Numbered from the stretch's first letter, positions 37,621 through 48,042 are shown. The stretch: 64,000 bases of DNA from Candidatus Latescibacterota bacterium (GCA_965237525.1 CBDEFO010000003.1:55468-119467), one strand, 5' to 3'. A program made the numbers and translations. The notes: generated by a model from the sequence alone, not told the origin.

Positions 37621-39117
37621 ATTCAGAAAGTAGTATAGAACAAGCATTGATAAAGCAGCTCCGATGTATTATATTATGTTATTGATAATATTATACATGG
37701 AGGAAACAATGACCCCACAAAAGCAGGAACAGACAAATCCGATGTTTCACTATTTTCAGATGGAGGATTTAGTTCCCGAGGATCATATCCTTCGTCAGAT
37801 TGATGAGGCAGTTGATTTTTCATTTATACGAGACGTTGTATCAGATTGTTATTGCCCTGACAATGGCAGACCCGGTATTGATCCTGAATTAGTTGTTCGA
37901 ATGATCCTTATTGGCTATCTGTATAATTTGAGTGAGAATCGGCTCTGTCAGGAAGTGGGGATGCATGCGGCATATCGGTTGTTTTGTCATCAGACATTTG
38001 ATGATGCGGTTCCGGATAGGAGCACGATCAACAAGCTTCGCAATCACAAGTGGGCATCCAGTGGGTTGTTTGAACGGATAATGCGTCAGGTAGTCCAGTG
38101 TTGCATAGATGTCGGTGTTGTGAGCGGTAAACACCTTAGTGTCGACGGCACTCAGATACAAGCTGATGCTTCAGTGAAAAGTATTGAGCCGATAGAACCC
38201 CCTGTTTCTCTTGATGATTATCTCAAGGGAATCGGTTTTGAAGGTGATAAGACAAAGGGTAGGTCCGGGCATCCTCAGGATAAAGACTTTCATGGTGAAA
38301 AGTGGACGAACCAAACACACCGTTCGACTACAGACCCCGACGCGCGCTTATACAGCAAATCGAAGGGCAAAGGGGCTTTTCTCTCGTTTATGGGCCATGA
38401 TCTGATCGACACAAAAAGCAGAGTAATCCTTGAGACTCAGGGCACGCAGGCGACAGGGACAGCAGAGCCCGAAAGTGCCCTTAAGATGGTAGATGACCTT
38501 GAAACATACACCATGCCCAAAGACATTCAGACACTTAGTGCCGATACCGGTTACGGTTCTGGTAATTTTATCGCTGATGTACTTGACCGGGGAATCATAC
38601 CCCATATTCCTCTGCGAGCCGATGAGAAGATTGAACCGATTCCTACATGGAAAAACAAGACAAATCCAGCACATATTCAGGCCGAACGGGATAGAAAAGT
38701 GCGAGAGGCGAAAGCCAGAAATCATGCACGGTCTATCTCATTAACAGCTGACTACAAACTCTCCCGGAGACTCCCTAAACGCAGTGAACATATCTTTGCT
38801 GAAGCCAGGCAACAACACGGTATGGGACGAGCCCGTTATAGAGGACCAGCCTCACTGAATGAACAGTTGAATCTTGTTGCAACAGTACAGAATCTCAAGA
38901 GGCTTGTATCTTTCATAAGAAGGGGGAAAGCGTCTATGTGTGCCCTGTCTGTCAAAGACAGTGCACCCTGTTCTTCAAACAGCTCCTATTCCTTGCTGAC
39001 CAGAACTCTGATAAGACTATTTTGCTTATTCCACAGCAAAACGATACGATATGCTACTCTTTGACCCATAATCGGCGCTTCAGACGCTGCCTGGGACATA
39101 ACTATTTCACAAGGCTT
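37599..39117 (+). mobile_element. IS element copy 4 (1519 bp), flanks do not match
   Basis: Same inverted repeats. The left flank is TTAA (37595-37598) but the right flank is CTAA (39118-39121). Confidence 0.9.
37664..39064 (+). CDS. IS1182/IS5-superfamily DDE transposase (466 aa, intact, most diverged copy)
   Basis: Several substitutions relative to copies 2 and 3 (NKTNPAH, RRLPKRSEH, DSAPCSS, SSYSLL). Confidence 0.9.
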   Translation: MYYIMLLIILYMEETMTPQKQEQTNPMFHYFQMEDLVPEDHILRQIDEAVDFSFIRDVVSDCYCPDNGRPGIDPELVVRMILIGYLYNLSENRLCQEVGMHAAYRLFCHQTFDDAVPDRSTINKLRNHKWASSGLFERIMRQVVQCCIDVGVVSGKHLSVDGTQIQADASVKSIEPIEPPVSLDDYLKGIGFEGDKTKGRSGHPQDKDFHGEKWTNQTHRSTTDPDARLYSKSKGKGAFLSFMGHDLIDTKSRVILETQGTQATGTAEPESALKMVDDLETYTMPKDIQTLSADTGYGSGNFIADVLDRGIIPHIPLRADEKIEPIPTWKNKTNPAHIQAERDRKVREAKARNHARSISLTADYKLSRRLPKRSEHIFAEARQQHGMGRARYRGPASLNEQLNLVATVQNLKRLVSFIRRGKASMCALSVKDSAPCSSNSSYSLLTRTLIRLFCLFHSKTIRYATL

Positions 39118-39670
39118 CTAATGCCCGGTCGAATTCTTCTCTGGTCTCCACCTTCTCCGCCAGAAATTCGACTCCCCGGGAACTGAACTCTTGAACAAGG
39201 GATTGAATTTCTTCAGCTTCTAAATTTGCAAGTTCGACCTTGATAATATCGGCCATTTCGATTAAGGGTTGAAACTTTTCCTCGAAGACAAAATCATCCA
39301 GGACCATAAGATAACCCGATTGCTTCAAACTCTTACAGGCGGCTATAACCTCTTCATCGGGTTCCACATTTTCCAGAATCTCCACCGCTACCAATTCTTT
39401 TGGTATAGCACTGATAAACTCACCGACCAACAGATTGCGCGTAAAATTGATAAAAGCCCTCTTCCCCTCGGTAAGCTGATCCATACCGATCAAAAGAAAG
39501 CTGTCAGTGATAACCCTTGATGAGGCTTGGTCCCCGTCCAGGTTCTCATAAAAGTTGTCAAGCCCGGAGCGAAATAGTAGCTCATAAGCCCAGACCTCTA
39601 GTTTTTTATCGAAGATCGGCTGTCTGGCCACAAAAACTTCCATAGCTATACTCTCTGTCCTTCGTACCAC
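39107..39670 (-). pseudogene. EAL-domain (c-di-GMP phosphodiesterase-type) protein truncated by IS copy 4
   Basis: ARQPIFD...YELLFR, FINFT, EILE, VLDDF and IIKVE are the successive EAL-domain motifs. The frame runs into the IS end (…EEFDRALEAL*), so the last part of the domain and any C-terminal domain are missing. Likely start is MEVFVARQ at 39643. Confidence 0.65.
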
Positions 39671-39924
39671 AAGATTTTGCCAGCAAGGCTTTCGGTGAAT
39701 CCCAAGAGCAACAAATTAGAAAGCTTATATAGGAACAAAAATAACACACATTATCCACAAAGTCAAGTAAAAACACAATCTTCTATATCCTGATATTTTA
39801 TAATATGTTAGCTAAAGTTACATAGGTCTACACGTACAGGCACCGTCTCGGCGTTCCTCTTGAATCAAGAGGACACTTTGGAAATCTGTGCATGTCCGCT
39901 CTATAACAGGGCAATAAAATTTCC

Positions 39925-39953
39925 TTGACAAAAGCAGTTTTCCCCATTATCAT
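39925..39953 (+). promoter_or_regulatory. near-consensus sigma70-type promoter for the arsR-ATPase operon
   Basis: TTGACA (39925-39930), a 17-nt spacer, then TATCAT (39948-39953). It lies 45 nt before the arsR ATG. Confidence 0.45.
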
Positions 39954-39998
39954 ATTCATGAGGAAAGTTCAATTTTACAGATTGGAGTCCCTAATAAG

Positions 39999-40367
39999 AT
40001 GGATATAGTTGAGGAAAAAGAGATAGATACTTGCGATGTGGTGTTTGTGGACGAGGAGAGGATCAACAGCATAAGAGCCAATATGAAGTCCCAAGAGATA
40101 ATAAACAGCCTCTCGGAGACGTTCAGTGTGCTGAGCGACCCGACGAGACTGAAGATTGTGCTGGCTCTTTCCGATGCTGAACTCTGCGTCTGCGACATTG
40201 CGAACCTTTTGAGCATGAGCAATTCTGCCATATCACATCAGTTGAGGATTCTGAGAAATCTCAGGCTGGTAAAGTATGAAAAAAGGGGTAAAATGGTCTA
40301 TTACTCACTGGATGATTTCCACATCGAAAATCTGATAGGCGAGGGATTGAAACACATGGAGGAGTAG
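39999..40367 (+). CDS. ArsR/SmtB-family metalloregulator
   Basis: FSVLSDPTRLKIVLALSDAELCVCDIANLLSMSNSAISHQLRILRNLRLV is the winged-helix core, with the CVC metal site typical of CadC/ArsR. Confidence 0.85.
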   Translation: MDIVEEKEIDTCDVVFVDEERINSIRANMKSQEIINSLSETFSVLSDPTRLKIVLALSDAELCVCDIANLLSMSNSAISHQLRILRNLRLVKYEKRGKMVYYSLDDFHIENLIGEGLKHMEE

Positions 40368-40382
40368 TTTTTTTATAATTAC

Positions 40383-40404
40383 CGATTGAATAGTTGTTCA
40401 ATTG
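40383..40404. promoter_or_regulatory. candidate ArsR/SmtB operator (10-2-10 imperfect inverted repeat)
   Basis: CGATTGAATA-GT-TGTTCAATTG has 8/10 complementary arms and resembles the TGAACA/TGTTCA-containing 12-2-12 boxes of SmtB/CzrA/CadC. It lies just upstream of the ATPase start. Confidence 0.35.
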
Positions 40405-40422
40405 ATTTTGTATGGAGATATT

Positions 40423-42792
40423 ATGATGTCTCTATCAGATGTCTGTGATTTGCGCCTTAAGATTAAGGGCATGGACTGTCCCGCTTGCTCCTCCAAGATA
40501 GAGCGTGGTGTTTTGTCTTTGGATGGCGCCGAGTCCGCCAGAGTCGATTTTGTGAAGGGAAGTCTAGAGGCGAAAATAGATGAGGCAAAAATCGATATGG
40601 GCAAGATCGCCTTTCAGATCCAAAAGTTGGGTTACGATGTGATTAAGGAGGGCGATTTTTCACAGAGTGGTAGCACCACAACTTCCGTATTTAAGGTGGA
40701 GGATATGGACTGTGCAGATGAGGCCTTTCTGATAGAGAGAAAATTGAAGTCTTTGGAAGGTGTAGAGGAATCTAGCTTCAATTTTGTGGCTCGGACGATG
40801 ACGGTGAAGCACAAAATAGAGGATGAGGACATAGAAAGGGCTTTAGCTGAAATAGGTTTCCAGGCGACAGTTCAAAGTGATAAGGAAGATGAAGGAGCGT
40901 TTTGGGAGAAGCATAAAAAGACGGTTTTAACAATCGGATCTGGGATATTTACCCTTTTGGGGTTTGCGCTTTGGTACTCCGGATTCGAAGAAAACATAGT
41001 TCTTCCGATATATGTCCTGGCTATGACTTTGGGAGGACTGCAAATTGCAAAGAAGGGATTGGCTGCGGTGAGGAATCTTTCATTGGATATGAACTTCCTT
41101 ATGACAATTGCCGTGATAGGAGCCGCTGCATTAGGGGAATGGCTTGAGGGTGCGATGATTATATTCTTGTTCTCTTTAGCTCAGCTGCTTGAGAGTCTCA
41201 GCATGGACAAAGCAAGAAATGCCATCGGTTCGCTGATGGACCTGTCGCCGGCTGAGGCTACGGTCAAGAGAAACGGCGAACAGATGAAGCTTGCGGTTGA
41301 GGACGTGCAGATAGAAGATGTAATGGTGCTAAAGCCCGGTGAGAAGATAGCCCTGGATGGAGTTGTTCTGTCTGGAACTTCGGCTGTGAATCAGGCACCG
41401 ATGACGGGGGAGTCGATCCCTGTCGAGAAGTCAAAGGGACATGAAGTCTATGCGGGGACCATAAATGAGGGAGGATCCCTTGATGTTAAGGTGACTAAGC
41501 TATCGAAGGATACTACCCTAAAAAGGATTATTCATATGGTGGAGGAGGCGCAGAGCAGAAGGGCTCCATCTCAGAACTTCGTGGATAAGTTCACAAAGTA
41601 TTACACTCCGACTGTGATAGCGGGGGCCGTAGGAGTGGCAACAGTGCCTTGGCTCTTTTTCGAAGCACCTTTTGGCCACTGGTTTTACAGGGCCTTGGTG
41701 CTTCTGGTTATATCGTGTCCGTGTGCCTTGGTGATCTCGACTCCGGTGTCAATAGTCTCAGGCATTATGAGCGCGGCAAAAAGAGGCGTGCTGATCAAGG
41801 GAGGGCTACATTTAGAGAACACAGGAACAATAAGGGCTTTAGCCTTTGACAAGACAGGTACGCTGACCGAAGGAAGACCGTACGTAGACGAGATCATTTC
41901 GATAAATTCTTTCTCCCACGAGGAGATAATAGAGATCGCGGCTTCTGTGGAGTCGAGGTCTGAGCATCACCTAGCACAGGCTATCGTAGAGAAGGGTAAA
42001 GAAATAGGCATAGACATTAAGGAGGGCGAAGATCTCCAGATCATATCGGGTATGGGGGTTCAAGCCGAAGTTAAGGGATGGGATAAAAAGGGGGGATTCT
42101 TCATTGGAAATCACCGTCTCGTAGAGGAAAAAGGACTATGCAACCCCGAGGTAGAGGCTCATTTGAATCGGTTGGAATCGGAGGGTAAGACGGCTGTGAT
42201 TTTGGGAGATGAGGAGGGAGTGATAGGGATTATGTCTATTTCTGATAGGGTCAGAAAGGGGATTAAGGAGGTTATAGAGGAACTCCACAAGAGCGGAATC
42301 CAAAAGATTATCATGCTAACTGGAGATAACAAAGGGACCGCTGATGCCATCGCCAAAGAATTGGGGATAGATGAATATAAAGCTGAGCTTCTGCCGCAGG
42401 ACAAGGTTGATGCAGTTGAACAGCTAAGAGTTAAGTACAGTAATGTGGCCATGGTCGGGGACGGCGTGAACGACGCTCCTGCTTTAGCGGCCTCGACCGT
42501 AGGGATAGCTATGGGAGCAATAGGGACAGATACGGCCTTAGAGACGGCTGATATAGCGCTCATGTCGGACGATCTTTCCAAACTGCCTTACACTGTGGAA
42601 CTTTCAAGGAAGACAGTCACCACTATAAAGGAGAACATATTCCTTTCGATTCTGATCAAAGCCCTCTTCTTGGCTCTTGCAATAGGCGGGATGGCGACCT
42701 TGTGGATGGCTGTAGCTGCGGATATGGGTGCGTCGCTCTTGGTGATCTTCAACGGCTTGAAAGTGCTTAGGTTTCGGGCTAAACAAGAGTAG
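40423..42792 (+). CDS. P1B-type heavy-metal (Cd/Zn/Pb-type) translocating ATPase
   Basis: N-terminal HMA domain GMDCPACSSKIE plus a second, degenerate HMA. CPC in VISCPCALVISTP, DKTGTLT, and GDGVNDAPAL. The track ORF begins at 40402, but the ATG at 40423 follows GGAG. Confidence 0.9.
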   Translation: MMSLSDVCDLRLKIKGMDCPACSSKIERGVLSLDGAESARVDFVKGSLEAKIDEAKIDMGKIAFQIQKLGYDVIKEGDFSQSGSTTTSVFKVEDMDCADEAFLIERKLKSLEGVEESSFNFVARTMTVKHKIEDEDIERALAEIGFQATVQSDKEDEGAFWEKHKKTVLTIGSGIFTLLGFALWYSGFEENIVLPIYVLAMTLGGLQIAKKGLAAVRNLSLDMNFLMTIAVIGAAALGEWLEGAMIIFLFSLAQLLESLSMDKARNAIGSLMDLSPAEATVKRNGEQMKLAVEDVQIEDVMVLKPGEKIALDGVVLSGTSAVNQAPMTGESIPVEKSKGHEVYAGTINEGGSLDVKVTKLSKDTTLKRIIHMVEEAQSRRAPSQNFVDKFTKYYTPTVIAGAVGVATVPWLFFEAPFGHWFYRALVLLVISCPCALVISTPVSIVSGIMSAAKRGVLIKGGLHLENTGTIRALAFDKTGTLTEGRPYVDEIISINSFSHEEIIEIAASVESRSEHHLAQAIVEKGKEIGIDIKEGEDLQIISGMGVQAEVKGWDKKGGFFIGNHRLVEEKGLCNPEVEAHLNRLESEGKTAVILGDEEGVIGIMSISDRVRKGIKEVIEELHKSGIQKIIMLTGDNKGTADAIAKELGIDEYKAELLPQDKVDAVEQLRVKYSNVAMVGDGVNDAPALAASTVGIAMGAIGTDTALETADIALMSDDLSKLPYTVELSRKTVTTIKENIFLSILIKALFLALAIGGMATLWMAVAADMGASLLVIFNGLKVLRFRAKQE

Positions 42793-43259
42793 GAATTCTT
42801 TTTTGTTCGGCAAAGAAAGACTATGTTTTTGGCTTAAGTAGTATTCGGAGCAAGGTGCTTGAAATGAAAGCAGAGAAGTAGATTTCAACATCTGGTAAGT
42901 TCACTTAATCCACGAGACCTGAACCACCATCACTGATCAAGATCGATCCCAGCGATCTGTTGTCCGCTACGCCTCCTGCCTACACTCCGACCTATACACT
43001 CACTGTCCATCGAGGAATACACGGCATCTGCCCATGCGCGGCAGAGTAGTCACGAGCCACGTTTTGAACCCCTTCTGTGTCGTTGTGACGCAAAAGGCGA
43101 TCGATACGCTGAATCCGTTTGGGAAGTCGATCTCTGCAAGTCTGCGCGTCGCGCCGAATGTGTTATATGATGTTACCAAAACTTGATAGCCGAGTTGACT
43201 TATGACTGGCGAAAATTTCGATCTTGGACTTCAGATATCCTTAACCTACGGAGCGAGTA

Positions 43260-44297
43260 ATGAAAGCCTTAGTCCTCGAAAGAGACCTGAAGTTGAACCT
43301 GAGGGATATTGAACTGGACCAACCGCTTGGGCCGCGCGATGTGCGGATCAAGGTCCATACCGTCGGCATCTGCGGTTCGGACATACACTACTACCAGCAC
43401 GGTCGGATCGGGCCATTCGTGGTCAACGCCCCGATGGTGCTTGGTCACGAGGCATCGGGTGTGGTGGTCGAGGTCGGATCAGAGGTGACCAACCTCCAGG
43501 TCGGAGATCGGGTGACCATGGAACCGGGCATCCCCGATCCCAACTCCAGAGCTTCGCGTTTAGGTATGTACAACCTCGACCCGGCTGTGCGCTTTTGGGC
43601 AACACCGCCGGTCCATGGGGTCATTCGACCGACAGTTGTACACCCTGCGGATTTCACGTTCAAGATTCCGGATAACATCAGCATGGGTGAAGCGGCTATG
43701 GTCGAACCGCTGGCCGTGGGCATGCATGCGGCGGAGGTGGCCCGGATCAATCCCGGCGACGTGGCGGTGGTGGTCGGGGCCGGTCCAATCGGCATGGTTA
43801 CTGCTATGTCGGCTCTGGCCGGTGGATGCAGCAGGGTCATCATGTCTGACATAAAGCAGCCCAGGCTGGATCTGGCCGCAAGACTCGGTCCCATCACGCC
43901 GGTCAATGCTATACAAAAGAATCTGGGCGAGGTGGTGCTGGACACAACCGAAGGTTGGGGCGCCGATATCGTGTTTGAGTGCAGCGGTAGTTCGGAGGTT
44001 GCTGCGGGCATTTTCGAACTGCTATGCCCCGGTGGATGCCTGGTGTACGTGGGCATGCCAGTCGAACCGATCCGGATAGATATGGTCGCTGCTCAGGTCA
44101 AAGAGGCACACATCCAGACGATCTTTCGCTACGCCCACGTCTACCCGCGCGCCTTGGCTTTGATGGGGAGTGGTCAGATAGATGTGAAGCCGTTGATTAC
44201 AGACAAATTCAAGTTTGAACAGTCAATCGAGGCATTTGGTTTTTCATGCGATATGCGCGTAACTTCTATCAAGACGCAAATAGAAATGGCAGGATAA
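43260..44297 (+). CDS. Zn-dependent polyol dehydrogenase (sorbitol/L-iditol dehydrogenase-like MDR)
   Basis: [30 protein letters not shown]; 345 aa. Confidence 0.8.
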   Translation: MKALVLERDLKLNLRDIELDQPLGPRDVRIKVHTVGICGSDIHYYQHGRIGPFVVNAPMVLGHEASGVVVEVGSEVTNLQVGDRVTMEPGIPDPNSRASRLGMYNLDPAVRFWATPPVHGVIRPTVVHPADFTFKIPDNISMGEAAMVEPLAVGMHAAEVARINPGDVAVVVGAGPIGMVTAMSALAGGCSRVIMSDIKQPRLDLAARLGPITPVNAIQKNLGEVVLDTTEGWGADIVFECSGSSEVAAGIFELLCPGGCLVYVGMPVEPIRIDMVAAQVKEAHIQTIFRYAHVYPRALALMGSGQIDVKPLITDKFKFEQSIEAFGFSCDMRVTSIKTQIEMAG

Positions 44298-44485
44298 AGA
44301 CAACTACATGGAGTGGGCGGCACGTCCGCTTTGCTTGGGGCGCCGTGGGCGCTTTTCTGGGGAGTGGAGGCATCAAAGCACAAAGTGCCAACAAGCCACG
44401 CAGTGGGCGGAGCGGAGGATGCGTCCGCAACAAGCCACGAGGTGGGCGCACCACCTATATTCAAAAATAATCTTGGAGGCAGTCA

Positions 44486-45235
44486 TTGGAAATAAACTTA
44501 AATAATAAGCGTGCATTGGTCACCGGTGCGGGCAAAGGGATCGGCCGAGTCGTCTCAAAGATGTTGATCGAAAGCGGCGCTTCGGTGGTCGCAATCAGTC
44601 GCACATCTGCAGATCTGGAATCGTTGAAAGATGAAATCGGCTGCCAGACCATCCAGGCCGATTTATCGGATGCCGACCAGGCAAAATCCGCAGCAAAGAA
44701 GGCTGGAGCGATCGATCTGTTGGTGAACAATGCCGGGATCTCCATCCCGCAGCCATTTCTTGAAACCACAGTCGAGGTGTTCGATCAGACTTTGGCCGTC
44801 AACGTGCGCGCGGCGATGATTGTTTCACAGGTGGTATCACGAGGCATGATTAAACGAGGAAGGGGCGGTGCAATTGTGAATATCTCCAGCCAAGCATCTA
44901 AGGCCGCGCTGCCCGACCACACGACCTACTGTACCTCAAAGGGCGCATTAGACCAGCTGACACGCATGATGGCTTTGGAACTTGGAAAGCACAACATCCG
45001 TGTCAACGCGGTAAATCCGACTGTGACGATGACACCGATGGCCAAGATAGCTTGGGGTGATCCGGCCAAATCGAAGGATATGCTCGCCAAAATTCCCCTG
45101 GGGCGCTTTGCACAACCGCAAGATGTGGCACATACAGTAGTCTATTTGCTGAGCGATAAGGCAGACATGATCCACGGCGCTACGCTTCTGATCGACGGTG
45201 GGATTCCTGTCCAGCTAACTCCGCACTGCCGTTGA
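44486..45235 (+). CDS. short-chain dehydrogenase, L-xylulose reductase (DCXR)-like
   Basis: ALVTGAGKGIGR, LLVNNAG, IVNISSQ, YCTSKGALD and IRVNAVNPTVTMT run colinear with my recollection of DCXR. TTG start after GGAGG. Confidence 0.8.
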   Translation: MEINLNNKRALVTGAGKGIGRVVSKMLIESGASVVAISRTSADLESLKDEIGCQTIQADLSDADQAKSAAKKAGAIDLLVNNAGISIPQPFLETTVEVFDQTLAVNVRAAMIVSQVVSRGMIKRGRGGAIVNISSQASKAALPDHTTYCTSKGALDQLTRMMALELGKHNIRVNAVNPTVTMTPMAKIAWGDPAKSKDMLAKIPLGRFAQPQDVAHTVVYLLSDKADMIHGATLLIDGGIPVQLTPHCR

Positions 45236-45282
45236 TCCGCATCAGATACATAGGCAGTCGAACCTGGCGACACCTCCTTCCA

Positions 45283-45495
45283 TTAACTCATCCACTCGTC
45301 ATGCTGGTACCGCTCGAGGTGCAGGCCCCGGGGCATGTATTTGTGGATGCAAACGACAATAACTAGTTTGATTCCGGCGAACGCTGTCTTGGTGGTGCGC
45401 CTGTCAACGAGGTGAGAGGGTCTGTCGAACGAAGATAGATTGACGAGGGTCGTTGATGGGTTCGCGGAACGACCCAGTTCGCTAGAAATCCGCAT
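45283..45495 (-). pseudogene. possible IS5-family transposase C-terminal remnant
   Basis: The track ORF reads ...FDRPSHLVDRRTTKTAFAGIKLVIVV..., loosely like the F.R(I/V)ATRYDKTA..F.AGI.L C-terminus of IS5/IS427-group transposases. The match is weak. Confidence 0.3.
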
Positions 45496-46283
45496 CAGTC
45501 ATCCTTTGCAGGCATATAATCTCTCTTGCGAATCATCCGTAAAACCCAATATACGGCTGCAGCAGCAAAGAGATGCTTTGCAGTATGACCGCTGACTATC
45601 TCCTCTAAAGCGAAGATCTGCCTATCCAGTATCTCACCTGTCTTTGCTAACGCGTAACATGCCAATACTCCCCAAATATCTCCACCCCTGGTGTATTTAG
45701 GGGAGAAAAAGAATAAGAGTAAGGGAATAAGCAGCAAAGGATAGAATTGGACTAGGATGTAGGGACGCAGATCGCCGGCACCTGTTTGCTCGCTCATATG
45801 CCAATAAATCACACTGGAGGTGCCTAAAATCAACAGAGGGAGGAGTGAGAACAAGCCGGTTTTTAGGCTAATCCTTTCGGCTATGATTGACGTTAGGAAA
45901 GACATAAAGATAATGGCCATCGGCAGGCGGTCCCAGACCAGTCGTCCGTTGTTTGGCAACAGATGATAATAGGCCGATCCAAAGCCGGTGAGAAATGCCC
46001 CGAAGAAAAACCCCACATAGGGCCAGTATACCCATCTATCGGCGGAGGTTTTGCGATCACTCGATAGAATTCGCCCCCATACAAAACATAAACCGAGCCC
46101 GCCGACTAAAACAAAGGGAGCATTGGAGACAACGTTGAAGAAATTAGGAAGGCCCAAAAAGGTACGTCGGTCGGCAAATTGGTGATATTCCGGGTCTTGA
46201 GGAATACGCGGCAGAGCTGCAACGCTCACTACAACTGCTAAACTCAGACCCCCTACCAACAGCAGGCCTGTGCGACGATTCAT
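45495..46283 (-). CDS. seven-TM membrane protein, alkaline-ceramidase-like family
   Basis: 262 aa with multiple TM segments. Reads NVVSNAPFVLVG, SAYYHL.PNN..LVWDRLPM and GHTAKHL, as in bacterial ceramidase/PAQR-like hydrolases. Family call from memory. Confidence 0.5.
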   Translation of the reverse strand: MNRRTGLLLVGGLSLAVVVSVAALPRIPQDPEYHQFADRRTFLGLPNFFNVVSNAPFVLVGGLGLCFVWGRILSSDRKTSADRWVYWPYVGFFFGAFLTGFGSAYYHLLPNNGRLVWDRLPMAIIFMSFLTSIIAERISLKTGLFSLLPLLILGTSSVIYWHMSEQTGAGDLRPYILVQFYPLLLIPLLLFFFSPKYTRGGDIWGVLACYALAKTGEILDRQIFALEEIVSGHTAKHLFAAAAVYWVLRMIRKRDYMPAKDD

Positions 46284-46335
46284 GCTTATTCATCTCCCTT
46301 TAAGACCTCAGCCAAGCCTCAGCGGAAAATTAAGA

Positions 46336-48042
46336 TTAGCCGGACAATTCGTGTGCTTCACCGGCACCTCGGGGAATGCGAATCTCCTCTACAAGCTCCT
46401 GTATCTCTTTAGGCGGCGCGTGCGATGCCAGAGATACAACACCCGCCACCAGGAAGTTCAGCACCATGCCGAGTGTCCCGATACCCTCGGGTGATATGCC
46501 CAACCACCAGTGTTCTTTTGAGTTAAGTTCAGGACTTATAAACTTGAAAGTGATGATGTAACCTGCCGTAAACGTAATCCCGGCGATCATCCCACTGATG
46601 GCGCCGTATTTGTTAATGCGTTTCGAGAAGATGCCCATTACGATCACCGGGAAGAATGAAGAAGCAGCCAGACCGAATGCAAACGCAACCACCTCTGCGA
46701 CGAAGCCGGGTGGGTTCATACCGAAGTAACCGGCAATGCACACAGCAATCCCTGCTGATATTCGTGCAGTAATCAACTCCCCCCTCTCGCTAATCTGTTG
46801 ATAAATCTCCTTTTTGAACAGGTCGTGCGCGATAGATGTGGCAATCACCAGCAGTAATCCTGCAGCTGTCGAGAGCGCTGCAGCCAGTCCTCCCGCTGCA
46901 ACAAGACCCACAACCCAGTTCGGGAGCTTGGCGATCTCGGGATTTGCAAGCACCATGATGTCTCGATCTATCGTCAGTTCATTTTCGACATCCGATCCGG
47001 GACCACGATATTGGATAACATTGTCCCCGTTCTTATCATCGAATCGGATTAGACCGGTCTTCTCCCAATTTTCAAACCAGTCCGGAACCTCCTCATAGTG
47101 TATATTTGAGATCGTTGTGAGCAGATTAGTCCGGACAAATGCAGCCACTGCAGGTGCCGTCGTATACAAAAGCGCGATGAACACCAATGCCCAACCGGCA
47201 GAACTGCGCGCCTGAGCGACCTTCGGCACGGTGTAGAAACGTACAATTACGTGTGGCAATCCGGCTGTTCCGACCATCAGTGCCGCAGTAATGAAGAAGA
47301 TGTCGATCGTGCCCTTGCGACCATCCGTGTACGCGTTGAAGCCGAGCTCGCGACTGAGTCCATCGAGCCTGTCGAGCAGGTATTGACCCGAGCCGTCAGC
47401 CAACCTCCCACCGAAACCGATCTGCGGGACGATTTCTCCTGTCATCAGAAGGGAAATAAAGATTGCCGGCACAAGGTAGGCAAAGATCAATACGCAGTAC
47501 TGTGCAACCTGCGTGTAAGTTATGCCCTTCATTCCTCCCAGCACAGCGTAGAAGAACACAATCCCCATTCCGATCAGCACACCCGAGGCAATATCAACGT
47601 CCAGAAACCGCGAAAATACGATCCCCACCCCGCGCATCTGTCCCGCAACATACGTGAACGACACAAAGATAGCGCAGACGATCGCAACCAAGCGAGCCGC
47701 TCGAGAGTAATACCGGTCGCCGACAAAATCCGGCACGGTATATTTGCCGAATTTGCGCAGATACGGTGCTAACAGCAGCGCCAGCAATACATAACCGCCA
47801 GTCCAACCCATAAGATAGACGGATCCATCCCGGCCCATAAACGAGATGAGGCCGGCCATCGAAATAAACGAGGCAGCGCTCATCCAGTCCGCTGCTGTCG
47901 CCATGCCGTTCATAACCGGAGGTACGTTGCTGCCTGCGATGTAGAACTCGCTTGTGGATCTGGCCTTTGACCAGATCGCAACACCGATATAGAGCGCAAA
48001 CGACAAACTAACCAACAAGAATGTCCAGGCCTGTACGTTCAT
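46336..48042 (-). CDS. sodium:solute symporter (SSS family, ActP-related, VC_2705-type large subunit)
   Basis: 568 aa. GMATAADWMSAASFISMAGLI, YTVPDFVGDRY and many TM segments. It overlaps the small-subunit gene by 4 nt. Confidence 0.85.
   Translation of the reverse strand: MNVQAWTFLLVSLSFALYIGVAIWSKARSTSEFYIAGSNVPPVMNGMATAADWMSAASFISMAGLISFMGRDGSVYLMGWTGGYVLLALLLAPYLRKFGKYTVPDFVGDRYYSRAARLVAIVCAIFVSFTYVAGQMRGVGIVFSRFLDVDIASGVLIGMGIVFFYAVLGGMKGITYTQVAQYCVLIFAYLVPAIFISLLMTGEIVPQIGFGGRLADGSGQYLLDRLDGLSRELGFNAYTDGRKGTIDIFFITAALMVGTAGLPHVIVRFYTVPKVAQARSSAGWALVFIALLYTTAPAVAAFVRTNLLTTISNIHYEEVPDWFENWEKTGLIRFDDKNGDNVIQYRGPGSDVENELTIDRDIMVLANPEIAKLPNWVVGLVAAGGLAAALSTAAGLLLVIATSIAHDLFKKEIYQQISERGELITARISAGIAVCIAGYFGMNPPGFVAEVVAFAFGLAASSFFPVIVMGIFSKRINKYGAISGMIAGITFTAGYIITFKFISPELNSKEHWWLGISPEGIGTLGMVLNFLVAGVVSLASHAPPKEIQELVEEIRIPRGAGEAHELSG

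Noticed and set aside
44308-44505. Three overlapping 60-74-aa ORFs between the dehydrogenase genes
   Set aside because: They are open only because of GC-rich repeats. All three frames are open at once, there is no RBS, and the sequence is low-complexity Gly/Arg/Ala.
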